Shown here one piece after another: positions 1 through 9,172 of a stretch of DNA of 64,000 nucleotides. Each line of letters opens with the position of its first letter. Position 1 is the stretch's first letter. The position numbers and the translations under genes were made by a program. The DNA lies in contig JAXHLW010000013.1 in NCBI GenBank assembly GCA_034521815.1, positions 640,001 through 704,000 of the forward strand, given 5' to 3'. The DNA is from Trueperaceae bacterium. GTDB lineage: Bacteria; Deinococcota; Deinococci; Deinococcales; Trueperaceae. The notes under the pieces were generated by a model. It was not told the origin of the DNA and did not search any database. It saw only the letters and a list, made by a program, of their open reading frames with translations.

Positions 1-108
1 GTCGGCGTTCCGGCAGGCGCCCGCGCGCCGTACAAGGCGTCCAGCGACGCGCGCATGACGGTGATGGGCGTGAGCCGCTACTGGCGAAAGCGGGACGAGC
101 ATCGCTGA
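1..108 (+). CDS. 3' end of an unidentified upstream gene (partial)
   Basis: Frame 1 is open from the window edge (VGVPAGARAPYKASSDARMTVMGVSRYWRKRDEHR) to TGA at 106-108, with GC3-rich codons. Confidence 0.55.
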   Translation, partial: VGVPAGARAPYKASSDARMTVMGVSRYWRKRDEHR

Positions 109-169
109 GCTGCCGGCCGCCGCGGGCCGCTGTCCACCGTTCCCGCTGCCCAGGACGGCGCGTCTGGCG

Positions 170-874
170 GTGCTGGCGTCGGGGCGCGGCAGCAACCTGG
201 CGTCGCTGCTGAACGCGTTTCCGCCGGCGTCGCTCTCCGCGACGGCGGACCACGAGCCCCCGGCCCGCGTCGTGCTGGTCGCCAGCAACGTTCCCGGCGC
301 GCCTGCGCTGGGGGTGGCCGAAACCGCCGGCGCCGACGCGTGCACGATTCCCTGGACGCGTCACGAGGGCGACCGCCTCGGCTTCGAGCGGGCCCTGCAG
401 AGCCAGCTGGACGCGCACGGCGTCGACCTCATCTGCCTCGCCGGGTTCATGCGAATCCTCTCGCCCACGTTCACCCAGCGCTGGGCGGGACGGATCGTGA
501 ACGTCCATCCCAGTCTGCTGCCGGCGTATCGCGGCCTCCACGCGCAGCGGCAGGCGCTCGAGGCGGGCGCGACGACGTCGGGCTGCACGATCCACCTGGT
601 GGACGCCGGGGTCGACACCGGCCGCGTCGTGCTGCAGCGGCAGGTGCCGGTGCTCCCCGGCGACGACGAGGCCACCCTGGCCGACCGCATCCTGGAGCAG
701 GAGCACCTCGCCTACCCCGAGGCCGTCCGGCGGCTGCTGCGCGGCCAGGTGGAAGCGACGGACGGCACAGGGACAGAGCGTGAGAGGACAGAGGCGAGAG
801 GACAGAAGGCGAGAGGACCGAAGGGGAGACGTTCGAGGGGGAGGGGCCCGCATGAAGGTTCTGCTGATCGGTAG
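170..874 (+). CDS. purN: Phosphoribosylglycinamide formyltransferase; true start probably upstream of 170
   Basis: Motifs ASGRGSNL, LAGFMRIL, NVHPSLLP, GCTIHLVDAGVDTG; adjacent to purD. Confidence 0.95.
   Translation: MLASGRGSNLASLLNAFPPASLSATADHEPPARVVLVASNVPGAPALGVAETAGADACTIPWTRHEGDRLGFERALQSQLDAHGVDLICLAGFMRILSPTFTQRWAGRIVNVHPSLLPAYRGLHAQRQALEAGATTSGCTIHLVDAGVDTGRVVLQRQVPVLPGDDEATLADRILEQEHLAYPEAVRRLLRGQVEATDGTGTERERTEARGQKARGPKGRRSRGRGPHEGSADR
768..830 (+). repeat. Imperfect purine-rich tandem repeat (unit about GCGAGAGGACAGA) in the purN tail
   Basis: ggacagagcg tgagaggacagaggcgagaggacagaaggcgagaggaccgaagg. Confidence 0.6.
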
Positions 875-2114
875 CGGAGGACGGGAGCACGCGCTGGCGT
901 GGGCGCTGGGCGCGTCGCCGCGCGTGAGCGAGGTGCTGGCCACGCCCGGCAACGCCGGCATCGCCCAGACGGCACGGATCGTCGCGGCGCAGGACGACGA
1001 CGAGCTGCTGCGGATCGCGGCGCGCGAGAAGGTGGACCTGGCCGTGATCGGTCCCGAGGCGCCGCTGGCGGCGGGACTGGCGGACCGCCTCCGGGACGAA
1101 GAGGTGCCCACCTTCGGTCCCGGCCGGGACGGCGCGCGGCTGGAGGCCTCGAAGGCGTACGCCAAGGCGTTCATGCAGCGCTTCGGCGTGCCCACCGCCG
1201 AGTTCGCCACCTTCTCGGCGCTGGATCCGGCGCTGGACCACCTGCGCCGGGTGGGGGCGCCGATCGTCGTGAAGGACTCCTACCTGGCGGCAGGGAAGGG
1301 CGTCACCGTCGCGGACACGCCCGGCCAGGCCGAGGCCGCGCTGCGCGAGCTGTTCGCGCGGCCCAACGCCGAGGTGGTGCTCGAGGAGCGCCTGGTGGGC
1401 CAGGAGCTCAGCGTGGTCGTGCTGACCGACGGCACGACGGCGCTGCCGCTGCCGTTGGCGCAGGACCACAAGCAGATCGGCGACGGCGACGTCGGGCCGA
1501 TGACCGGCGGGATGGGCGCCGTCGCGCCGGTGTCGTCGCTGTCCGACCCGCAGCGCGAACGGCTGGACCGCGAGATCGTGGAGCCGGTGCTGAGCGGCCT
1601 GCGGAGCGAGGGGATCGACTACCGCGGCGCGCTGTTCCTGGGCGTGATGTGGACCGCGTCGGGGCCCAAGCTGCTCGAGATCAACGTACGCCTGGGCGAC
1701 CCCGAGACGCAGACGGTGCTGCCCCTGATGGAGAACGACCTGATCAGCGTGCTCGAGGCGCTGGATCAGCGGCGCCTGCACGAGGTGGTCCCGGTCTGGC
1801 GGCCGGGCGCCGCGGCCACGGTGGTGGTGGCCGCCCCGGGCTACCCCGGGGCGTACCCGAAGGACCTGCCCGTCGGCGTCCCCGAGGGACGCGAGGCCGA
1901 CACCTGGGTGTTCCACGCCGGCACGCGCAGGAATGAGAGCGGCCGGCTGGTCTCGAGCGGCGGCCGCATCCTGGCCGTCACCGCGGTCGACGCGGACGTG
2001 CCCAGCGCCGCCGCGAAGGCGTACCGCGAGGTGGCGCGCATCGACGTGCCCGGCGGGGTGTCCAGGCGCGACATCGGTGGGCGCCCGACCGCAGGGGGCG
2101 GTACGCACGGCTAG
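852..2114 (+). CDS. purD: Phosphoribosylamine--glycine ligase
   Basis: MKVLLIGSGGREHALA N-terminus, LAAGKGV, QDHKQIGDGDVGPMTGGMGA, EINVRLGDPE; ATG 852 follows a GAGGGG SD. Confidence 0.97.
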   Translation: MKVLLIGSGGREHALAWALGASPRVSEVLATPGNAGIAQTARIVAAQDDDELLRIAAREKVDLAVIGPEAPLAAGLADRLRDEEVPTFGPGRDGARLEASKAYAKAFMQRFGVPTAEFATFSALDPALDHLRRVGAPIVVKDSYLAAGKGVTVADTPGQAEAALRELFARPNAEVVLEERLVGQELSVVVLTDGTTALPLPLAQDHKQIGDGDVGPMTGGMGAVAPVSSLSDPQRERLDREIVEPVLSGLRSEGIDYRGALFLGVMWTASGPKLLEINVRLGDPETQTVLPLMENDLISVLEALDQRRLHEVVPVWRPGAAATVVVAAPGYPGAYPKDLPVGVPEGREADTWVFHAGTRRNESGRLVSSGGRILAVTAVDADVPSAAAKAYREVARIDVPGGVSRRDIGGRPTAGGGTHG

Positions 2115-2173
2115 GATGCGGGACCGGGACACCGGCCCTCGCGAGCGGGACGACCGTGCGGTAGCCTTGCGGC

Positions 2174-2962
2174 ATGCCTCGTCGAATCTTCACGCCAGCT
2201 CGAACGCGCGTCCTCGCGGACGTTCGCGGCGACGTTCGCCGGCCCGTCCGCATCGGCGCCCGCTCGCCGCGCCGGCCGCTCCTGCTCCTGGCCGCGGCGC
2301 TGATCGTCTCGCTCGTCGCCGGTTGCGCGCCGACCGTCAGCGAGGAGACCGAAGCCGTCACGCAGCCCACCGGTCCACTCGCGTACGTCCCTCGCGAGAC
2401 CGGAGCCGCTTGGTCGTACCTTCCCGATCGCGCCACGCTGGACGAGGCCCGCGTCGTCGTCCGGGTCGAGGGTCCCACCGTGGTGGACGGCCAGGTACGG
2501 ACCGCCTGGCGGATGGTGGGGCGCGGCCTGGAGGTCCGCTGGTTCCGTGAGCATCGCGAGGACGGCACCTACCTGGTGCGCGAGGAGCGTCCGGGCACGG
2601 TGATCACCTTCGATCCTCCGATCCTCGAGATGGTCTCCGGGCCGCTTCGGGTGGGGCAGAACTGGACGGGCGCGACCACCGCGACCGTCCTCTTCCCGGA
2701 GGCGACCGCCGAGAACCGGACGTCGACCCTGGCGCTGGAGTGGGTCACGACCGTCGTCGATCGTCGCTCGGTGACGGTGGCGGCGGGGACGTTCGACGTG
2801 TTCGTGCTGAACTTCACCTCCCGGACGCTGGACGAGGACGGCGTGGTGCTCGAGGAGCTCACGCAAGAGACCTGGTTCTCGCCGTACCTGGGCGAGGTCC
2901 GGACCGAGAACGGCTTCTTCCTGGTCGACTCGAACCTGTTCGGGCTCCCGCGGGAGCCGTGA
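2174..2962 (+). CDS. Hypothetical lipoprotein
   Basis: Hydrophobic stretch with lipobox VAGC; beta-rich body with VTVAAGTF motif; TAGCCT -10 six nt before ATG. Confidence 0.75.
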   Translation: MPRRIFTPARTRVLADVRGDVRRPVRIGARSPRRPLLLLAAALIVSLVAGCAPTVSEETEAVTQPTGPLAYVPRETGAAWSYLPDRATLDEARVVVRVEGPTVVDGQVRTAWRMVGRGLEVRWFREHREDGTYLVREERPGTVITFDPPILEMVSGPLRVGQNWTGATTATVLFPEATAENRTSTLALEWVTTVVDRRSVTVAAGTFDVFVLNFTSRTLDEDGVVLEELTQETWFSPYLGEVRTENGFFLVDSNLFGLPREP

Positions 2963-3051
2963 GGCGCCGCTCCGGTACTGGTCACTCGCCTACCGTTGGG
3001 TAGGTCGTGCCGCGATAGGCTGAGCGAACGAAGATTGGAGCGTACGCACCG

Positions 3052-4983
3052 ATGGCACGCCTCGACGAGATTCACCAGCCCAGCGACCTGAAACGCGTCC
3101 CGCGAGAGGAGCTCGCGGCCGTCGCGGACGAGCTCCGCTCCGAGATCATCCGCGTCTGCTCGACCACCGGCGGACACCTCGCGTCCAGCCTGGGCGCGGT
3201 CGAGCTCACCGTCGCGCTGCACTGGCTGTTCGACACCGAACGCGACCGCATCGTCTGGGACGTGGGGCATCAGACGTACGGCCACAAGATCCTCACCGGC
3301 CGGCGCGACCGGATGGCCACCATCCGCAAGCACGGCGGGCTGGCCGGGTTCACGACCAGCAGCGAGTCGCCGCACGACGCCCTGACCGTGGGGCACGCCT
3401 CGACCAGCCTGGCCGCGGCGCTGGGCATGGCCATGGCGCGCGACGGCCGCGGCGATGGCTACCGCGTCGCGGCCGTGATCGGCGACGGCGCGCTCACCGG
3501 CGGGATGGCGCTGGCCGCGCTGAACCAGATCGGTCACGTCAAGCCGACGATGACCGTGATCCTGAACGACAACGAGATGTCGATCAGCGAGAACGTCGGG
3601 GCGCTGAACCACTACATGCGGCACCTCCAGGTCCAGAAGTGGGTGCAGAAGGCCGAGGCGGGCGGCAAGAAGGCGCTCTCGGACGTCTGGAAGCCGCTGG
3701 CCGAGCTCGGTAGCCGCGCCAAGTCGGCCACACGTCGCTTCCTGGACCCGGCCAGCAACAACCCGTTCCACGCCATGGGGCTCCGCTACGTCGGGCCGAT
3801 CGACGGCCACGACGTGGACGCGCTGCTGTACTACCTGGAGAACATCGACCAGCTCGAGGGCCCGACGATGCTGCACATCGTCACCCGCAAAGGCAAGGGC
3901 TACACCGTGGCCGAGTCCGACCCGATCGCCTGGCACGGCGCATCGAAGTTCGACATGGCGGACCCCGTGGCCACCGGCAAGCCGTACCAGTGGTCCGACG
4001 CGTTCGGCGACGCCGCGATCGCGCTGACCGACCGCGACGACCGCGTCTGGGTGATCACCCCCGCCATGCGCGAGGGCTCCGGCCTGGTCGCGTTCTCCAA
4101 GGCGCACCCCGAGCGCTACCTGGACGTCGGCATCGCCGAGGACGTCGCCGTCACGACCGCCGCCGGCATGGCGCTGCGCGGCGAGAAGCCGATCGTGGCG
4201 ATCTACTCGAGCTTCCTGCAGCGCGGCTTCGATCAGGTGGTGCACGACGTCTCGATCGAGAATCTCGACGTGCTGTTCGCGATCGACCGCGCCGGCCTGG
4301 TGGGCGGCGACGGCGCGACGCACCAGGGCGTGTACGACCTGGCCTACCTCCGCTCGCTGCCGAACCTGTCGGTCGCCATGCCGCGCGACGCCTCGCAGCT
4401 CAGGGGCATGCTGCGGCGCGCGCTGGAGCTGGGCGGCCCGAAGGCCGTCCGCTGGCCCCGCGGATCGGTCGAGGCGCCGCCCGACGCCGAGCCGGACGCC
4501 TGGGACGACATCGCCTGGGGGACCGCCGAGGTGCTGAAGGAAGGCAGCGAGGCGTGGATCCTGGCGCTCGGACCGATGGTCGACTACGCGCTGGCGGTCG
4601 CCGACGACGATCCCCGAATCGGGGTCGTCGACGCGCGCTTCGTCAAGCCGCTGGACGAGGAGCTCATCTTGCGGCTGGCGCGCGACGGCGCGAAGCTGAT
4701 CACGATCGAGGATCACGCCCTGCCCGGCGGCTTCGGCTCGGCCGTGGCCGAGCTGCTGGCCGATCACGGCGTGCCCGCGCGCCTCACGCGGCTCGGGATT
4801 CCGGACGTGATCGTGCCGCACGGAGACCCCGCACGGCAGCACGAGGAGCTGGGCTACGGGCCCGATGCGCTGCGCGCCAAGATCGCGTCCATGATCGGCG
4901 AACGCCAGCCTGCGCAGGCCGCCCGAATGAGCGATCACGAGCCGTCCGAACGGGCCGCTCCCAGGGCCCGTTCGCTCCGTTGA
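3052..4983 (+). CDS. dxs: 1-deoxy-D-xylulose-5-phosphate synthase
   Basis: GGHLASSLGAVE, WDVGHQ, GDGALTGGMA, NDNEMSIS, DRAGLVGGDGATHQG. Confidence 0.97.
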   Translation: MARLDEIHQPSDLKRVPREELAAVADELRSEIIRVCSTTGGHLASSLGAVELTVALHWLFDTERDRIVWDVGHQTYGHKILTGRRDRMATIRKHGGLAGFTTSSESPHDALTVGHASTSLAAALGMAMARDGRGDGYRVAAVIGDGALTGGMALAALNQIGHVKPTMTVILNDNEMSISENVGALNHYMRHLQVQKWVQKAEAGGKKALSDVWKPLAELGSRAKSATRRFLDPASNNPFHAMGLRYVGPIDGHDVDALLYYLENIDQLEGPTMLHIVTRKGKGYTVAESDPIAWHGASKFDMADPVATGKPYQWSDAFGDAAIALTDRDDRVWVITPAMREGSGLVAFSKAHPERYLDVGIAEDVAVTTAAGMALRGEKPIVAIYSSFLQRGFDQVVHDVSIENLDVLFAIDRAGLVGGDGATHQGVYDLAYLRSLPNLSVAMPRDASQLRGMLRRALELGGPKAVRWPRGSVEAPPDAEPDAWDDIAWGTAEVLKEGSEAWILALGPMVDYALAVADDDPRIGVVDARFVKPLDEELILRLARDGAKLITIEDHALPGGFGSAVAELLADHGVPARLTRLGIPDVIVPHGDPARQHEELGYGPDALRAKIASMIGERQPAQAARMSDHEPSERAAPRARSLR

Positions 4984-5008
4984 CAGCGCCTGGGAGGTCG
5001 GGTATTCT
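4980..5008 (+). promoter_or_regulatory. Sigma70-type promoter of the tRNA operon
   Basis: TTGACA (4980-4985), 17 nt spacer, TATTCT (5003-5008), followed by a GC-rich stretch, about 35 nt before tRNA-Asp. Confidence 0.85.
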
Positions 5009-5042
5009 TCTCTCCGCGCTCGCCTCAGGGCGCCGCTTTCGT

Positions 5043-5118
5043 GGAGCCGTAGTGTAGCGGTTAGCATATCTGCCTGTCACGCAGAAGGTCGCGGGTTCGA
5101 ATCCCGTCGGCTCCGCCA
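5043..5118 (+). tRNA. tRNA-Asp(GTC)
   Basis: Cloverleaf GGAGCCG...CGGCTCC, anticodon loop CTGTCAC, TTCGAAT T-loop, encoded CCA. Confidence 0.97.
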
Positions 5119-5156
5119 CGAACGGACCGGGCGCCCCGCGGGGCGCCCTCCGACAA

Positions 5157-5232
5157 GGCCGGGTAGCTCAGTAGGTAGAGCATACGACTGAAAATCGTAG
5201 TGTCGGCGGTTCGATCCCGCCCCCGGCCACCA
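5157..5232 (+). tRNA. tRNA-Phe(GAA)
   Basis: GGCCGGG acceptor stem, anticodon loop CTGAAAA, TTCGAT T-loop, CCA end. Confidence 0.97.
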
Positions 5233-5283
5233 ACGCCGCTCGGCCTGTTCGCACCGGTTCATTAACGAGCCGGCCCCGTGCGC

Positions 5284-5358
5284 GCCAATGTAGCTCAGCG
5301 GTAGAGCAGCCGATTCGTAATCGGCAGGTCGTCGGTTCAATTCCGACCATTGGCTCCA
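5284..5358 (+). tRNA. tRNA-Thr(CGT)
   Basis: GCCAATG/CATTGGC acceptor stem, anticodon arm GCCGA-TTCGTAA-TCGGC, CCA end. Confidence 0.97.
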
Positions 5359-5363
5359 AGACC

Positions 5364-5392
5364 GAACCCCGTCCCCGTGGCGGGGTTCTCGC
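5364..5392 (+). terminator. Hairpin after the tRNA operon, probable terminator
   Basis: GAACCCCGTC...GGCGGGGTTC stem directly after tRNA-Thr; weak U tail. Confidence 0.6.
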
Positions 5393-5577
5393 TCGATCGG
5401 CCCTTCGCGTCGTCACTCGCGTCGGTACAGGACGCGCGCAGCCGCCCGCGATCCCCTCATCGGCGCCCACCGAATGAAGTTTCGAACGCACCGCCAAGCC
5501 CCCTGACTCTATGCTCGTCCGTAGCGCTGGGAGGGGCAGAACGCCCGTCCACGCGGCGTGCGGGGGATCCCTGACCG

Positions 5578-6141
5578 ATGCGACTCTACTTCGTTCGACA
5601 CGGCGAGCCGGACTACGGCAGCCTCGGAAGCCCGAGGCTGGGGTCGGGCGCGCACGATCTGGCTCCGCTCACCTCGATCGGACGGCTGCAGATCGACACC
5701 ATCGCGCGCGACTACCGGCTGCAGGACGTCGACGCGGTGCTGTCGTCGAGCTACGCCCGCTCGCTCGAGTCCGCTGCCCTTCTCGCCCGCGCCGTGGGCA
5801 AGCCGTTCTTCGTCGAGGTGGACCTGCACGAGTGGCGGGCGCACCCCGATCCGGCTCGCGAGCTGGATCCGGATCTGCTTCGCCGCGCCGCTGAGAGACT
5901 GAGCTCGGGCGAGGATCCCGGCGACGGGCCGTGGGAGACGCTGGACGAGGTCCGTGAGCGGGTCGTTCGCGTCCTACGCCGCTACCGCCAGTTCGACAGC
6001 CTGGCCGTCGTCAGTCACGCCGTCGTGATCGCCGCGATGATCGGCGTGGATCGCCCCGTCGACCACGCCGAGATCGTGCCGGTCGACCTGGACCCCGACG
6101 CCCCGCCCAGCGTGAAGGGCCGCACCCGCACGCCGCGCTGA
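5578..6141 (+). CDS. Histidine phosphatase (phosphoglycerate mutase) family protein
   Basis: MRLYFVRHGE motif, SSSYARSLES, VVSHA second His. Confidence 0.9.
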   Translation: MRLYFVRHGEPDYGSLGSPRLGSGAHDLAPLTSIGRLQIDTIARDYRLQDVDAVLSSSYARSLESAALLARAVGKPFFVEVDLHEWRAHPDPARELDPDLLRRAAERLSSGEDPGDGPWETLDEVRERVVRVLRRYRQFDSLAVVSHAVVIAAMIGVDRPVDHAEIVPVDLDPDAPPSVKGRTRTPR

Positions 6142-6210
6142 CACCGCGACCACAACGCCACGACACCGCGACGACACTGCGCTGTCGAGACCCCAGCGCT
6201 GCGACGCCCC

Positions 6211-7578
6211 TCAGCGCCGGTGCACGCGAACCTGAAGCCCACCCTCGGGATGCAGCGTCATGCCCACCGGCTTCCTGGGCCCCTCGCCCAGCGGCTCGAC
6301 CCGGTAGCGGCCCAGCGTCAACGCCAGCCCGGTCTTGATCAACGCTGTCGCAGTGCCCGCGCCGATGCAGTGCCGCACGCCGTAGCCGAACGGCAGGTAC
6401 GCGAACGGCGGCGGCTCGCTGCTCACGAACCGCTCCGGATCGAACCGGTCCGGCTCGTGGAACGAGGCGGGGTCGAGGTGCGTCCGCAGGATCGACAACG
6501 CCACCCGGCTCCCCGCGGGCACGACGTGGCCCAGAATCTCGACCTCTCGCACGGTGCGCCGCAGCGCGGCCGCCGCCGGTGGGCGTAGACGAAGCGTCTC
6601 CTTCACGAACGCATCGGTGTACGGCGCCGCCTGCGCGGAGGCCGGGTCGCCGTGCGCCAGCTCGGCGGCGAGGCGCGCCCCCTGCTCGGGATGCTCGTCC
6701 GCCATCGCCAGGCACCAGGCGAGCGCCGCGGCGGTGGTGTCGAACCCGGCCGAGATCAGGCTGAGGCTCTGGTCGCGCAGCTCGCGGTCGCTGAGCTCCC
6801 CCTCGCTGAGTTCCCCCTCGCCGGCTGGCGAGGCCATCAGCAGCCCGAGGACGTCGCCCGTCGGCTGGGCGTCGTCGGCCGGCGGGCCGCTCGCGTCCGC
6901 ACGTCGCCGTGCGATCTCGGCGTACAGCGCGTCGTCGACGCGCCGCCGGGCGGCCGTGAACCGTGCCCACGGGGTGCCCGGGATCGGCAGCTTCCACTGC
7001 TGCTCCAGCATCGGCCGGCCGGGGAAGTCCATCAGCGCGTCGACGTCGCGGAGCCAGTGGTCGTCCCGCGCCAGCGGCACGTCGCCCAGCACGATCCGCG
7101 CCACGATCCGGACCAGCCTGGGTCGCGCCTCGCGGTAGAGGTCGAACGGCTGGCCCAGGGCGGCTCGCTCGGCCAGCCACGGCTCCAGGATGCCTTCGCC
7201 CGTCGCCAGCCACGAGGCGACCTGCCGTCCGTGGAAGGCGGGCTGGACCCGTCGGCGGCGTTGCAGATGCTCAGGCTCGTCGCTGGAGATGAGGGCCGTG
7301 TCGCCGCCGACCGGCCTCAGGAAGTCGTACCCGCCACGTTGCGAGAAGGCGTCCAGCTCGTCCCGCAGGATGGTGCGGGCCGCGTCGGGACCCACGAACC
7401 AGTGGAACCGGATCGGTCCGAACCCGAACGCGAACGCCGGACCCAGCTCCTCGTTCAGCTGCGCGACCGCGGCGTGAAGGTCGCGTCCGGCCAGCTCCAG
7501 AGCGCGTAGGTGCGCACGCCCCCTGGGCGCCGGCACGCCCGGACGGGCCCCGGCCGCGTCGCCGGCGACGCCGGGCAT
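6211..7578 (-). CDS. Cytochrome P450
   Basis: I-helix AGFDTTA, K-helix ETLR, FDPERF, heme motif PFGYGVRHCIG. Confidence 0.95.
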   Translation of the reverse strand: MPGVAGDAAGARPGVPAPRGRAHLRALELAGRDLHAAVAQLNEELGPAFAFGFGPIRFHWFVGPDAARTILRDELDAFSQRGGYDFLRPVGGDTALISSDEPEHLQRRRRVQPAFHGRQVASWLATGEGILEPWLAERAALGQPFDLYREARPRLVRIVARIVLGDVPLARDDHWLRDVDALMDFPGRPMLEQQWKLPIPGTPWARFTAARRRVDDALYAEIARRRADASGPPADDAQPTGDVLGLLMASPAGEGELSEGELSDRELRDQSLSLISAGFDTTAAALAWCLAMADEHPEQGARLAAELAHGDPASAQAAPYTDAFVKETLRLRPPAAAALRRTVREVEILGHVVPAGSRVALSILRTHLDPASFHEPDRFDPERFVSSEPPPFAYLPFGYGVRHCIGAGTATALIKTGLALTLGRYRVEPLGEGPRKPVGMTLHPEGGLQVRVHRR

Positions 7579-7583
7579 GCGCC

Positions 7584-8321
7584 TCAGCGCACGCCGTGCA
7601 GGACCTCTTCGAGGCCCTGCGTATCGGTGAGGAGGATCTCCTTGGGGCGGGTTTCGATCACGCCCTCGGCCTCCAGTGCACGCAGCGCGCGCGTGACGGT
7701 CTCGCGGCTGGTGCCGGCCATGTTGGCCAGCTCCTGGTGCGTCAGGCGGATCAGCGGCGGACCGTCGCTCAGCTCGACCACGCCGGCACGGTGCAGCTGC
7801 AGCAGGACGTACGCCACGCGGCCCTGCGCGTCCTTGTACGACAGCACCTGCGCCTCGTCGTCCATCCCGCGCAGGCGGCGGGCCAGCGTCGTGTTCACGT
7901 TCAGGCCGACCCTGGGATGGTCGCGCATCAGGCGGTGGAAGTCGTCGCCGAACAGCAGCAGCGCCTCGACGTTCTCGACCGCCACGGCGGTAGCGCTGCG
8001 CGTCCCTTCGGACAGCGGCGCCATCTCGCCGAAGAACTCGGGCGGCCGCAGCAGGGCCAGCGTCTTCTCGTGCCCGCCGAGATCCACCTTGGACAGCTTC
8101 ACGGTGCCCTGCCGCAACAGGTACACCGCCTCACCGACGTCCCCTTCGCGAAAGAGGACCGCGCCCGCCGGGTACGCGCGCTTCTGCACGGCCCCCGCGA
8201 CGATGTCCAGCAAGCGGTCGTCCGCGCCGGAGAACAGCGGTACGTCGGCCAGGAAGGCGAGCAGCTCGGCGTGCGGAGCACGGTCGTCTCCGGATGCGTC
8301 GTTGGGAGAGGAAGGTGTCAT
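7584..8321 (-). CDS. Crp/Fnr family transcriptional regulator
   Basis: cNMP domain (FFGEMA...RSATA) plus HTH LTHQELANMAGTSRETVTR. Confidence 0.95.
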   Translation of the reverse strand: MTPSSPNDASGDDRAPHAELLAFLADVPLFSGADDRLLDIVAGAVQKRAYPAGAVLFREGDVGEAVYLLRQGTVKLSKVDLGGHEKTLALLRPPEFFGEMAPLSEGTRSATAVAVENVEALLLFGDDFHRLMRDHPRVGLNVNTTLARRLRGMDDEAQVLSYKDAQGRVAYVLLQLHRAGVVELSDGPPLIRLTHQELANMAGTSRETVTRALRALEAEGVIETRPKEILLTDTQGLEEVLHGVR

Positions 8322-8379
8322 ATCTCGTCGGGCAAGGTACCACGGCTCGCGACGTCACGGCTTGCTAGCATGGGCGGCC

Positions 8380-9048
8380 GTGAACCCCGTTCTCGCCTGC
8401 CGCGACCTGCGCCGCGACTTCGTGACGCCCGCCGGCGTGCTGCCGATCCTGGCCGGAGCCGAGCTCGAGGTGCGCGCTGGCGAGGTGGTCGCGGTGCTGG
8501 GCCCCTCGGGCAGCGGCAAGACGACTCTGTTGCACCTGCTGGCCGGGCTGGACCGGCCGACGTCGGGCGAGGTGTGGTGGGGCGACGAGGCGGTGCACGC
8601 CCGTCCGCCGCGCGAGCTGGCCCGGCTGCGAGCCCAGCGGGTCGGCCTGGTGTTCCAGGATCCGCACCTGCTTTCCGAGCTGGACGCGCTCGCGAACGTG
8701 ACCCTCCCCGGCCGTATTCGTGGGCACGCCTCGGCCGAGCGGGGCATGGCGCTGCTGGCCGCGGTCGGGCTGGCGGAGCGCGCTCACGCCCGGCCCGCGA
8801 CGCTGTCCGGCGGCGAGCGTCAGCGCGTCGCGGTCGCCCGTGCCCTCTACGCCGATCCTCCGGTCGTGCTGGCCGACGAGCCGACCGGAAGCCTCGATCG
8901 CGCGACCGCGAAGACCGTCTACGATCTGCTCGTTCGCCTCGCGCGGGAGCGCGGCCGCGCGATCGTCATGGTCACCCACGACGAAGGCCTCGTGGTCGAT
9001 GTCGATGCACGGTTCCGACTCGAGGACGGGCGGTTGATTCGTGTCTGA
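8380..9048 (+). CDS. ABC transporter ATP-binding protein (LolD/MacB-like)
   Basis: Walker A GPSGSGKT, LSGGERQR, LADEPTGSLD, VTHD; GTG 8380 follows a TAGCAT -10. Confidence 0.9.
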   Translation: MNPVLACRDLRRDFVTPAGVLPILAGAELEVRAGEVVAVLGPSGSGKTTLLHLLAGLDRPTSGEVWWGDEAVHARPPRELARLRAQRVGLVFQDPHLLSELDALANVTLPGRIRGHASAERGMALLAAVGLAERAHARPATLSGGERQRVAVARALYADPPVVLADEPTGSLDRATAKTVYDLLVRLARERGRAIVMVTHDEGLVVDVDARFRLEDGRLIRV

Positions 9049-9172
9049 CGAAGCCGCCGCGCCGGGGCTCCGCTCGGCCTTCGCGTGCTAGGATCGAACT
9101 TGATGCAGGACAGATGCTCGTCTCGAACCCCATCGACGGGCCGTCCTGCCCACTCACGCTTTAGGAGGTTGC

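Noticed and set aside
5043-5577. tRNA cluster as an island integration site
   Set aside because: No integrase, no duplicated tRNA 3' end noticed, and no compositional shift
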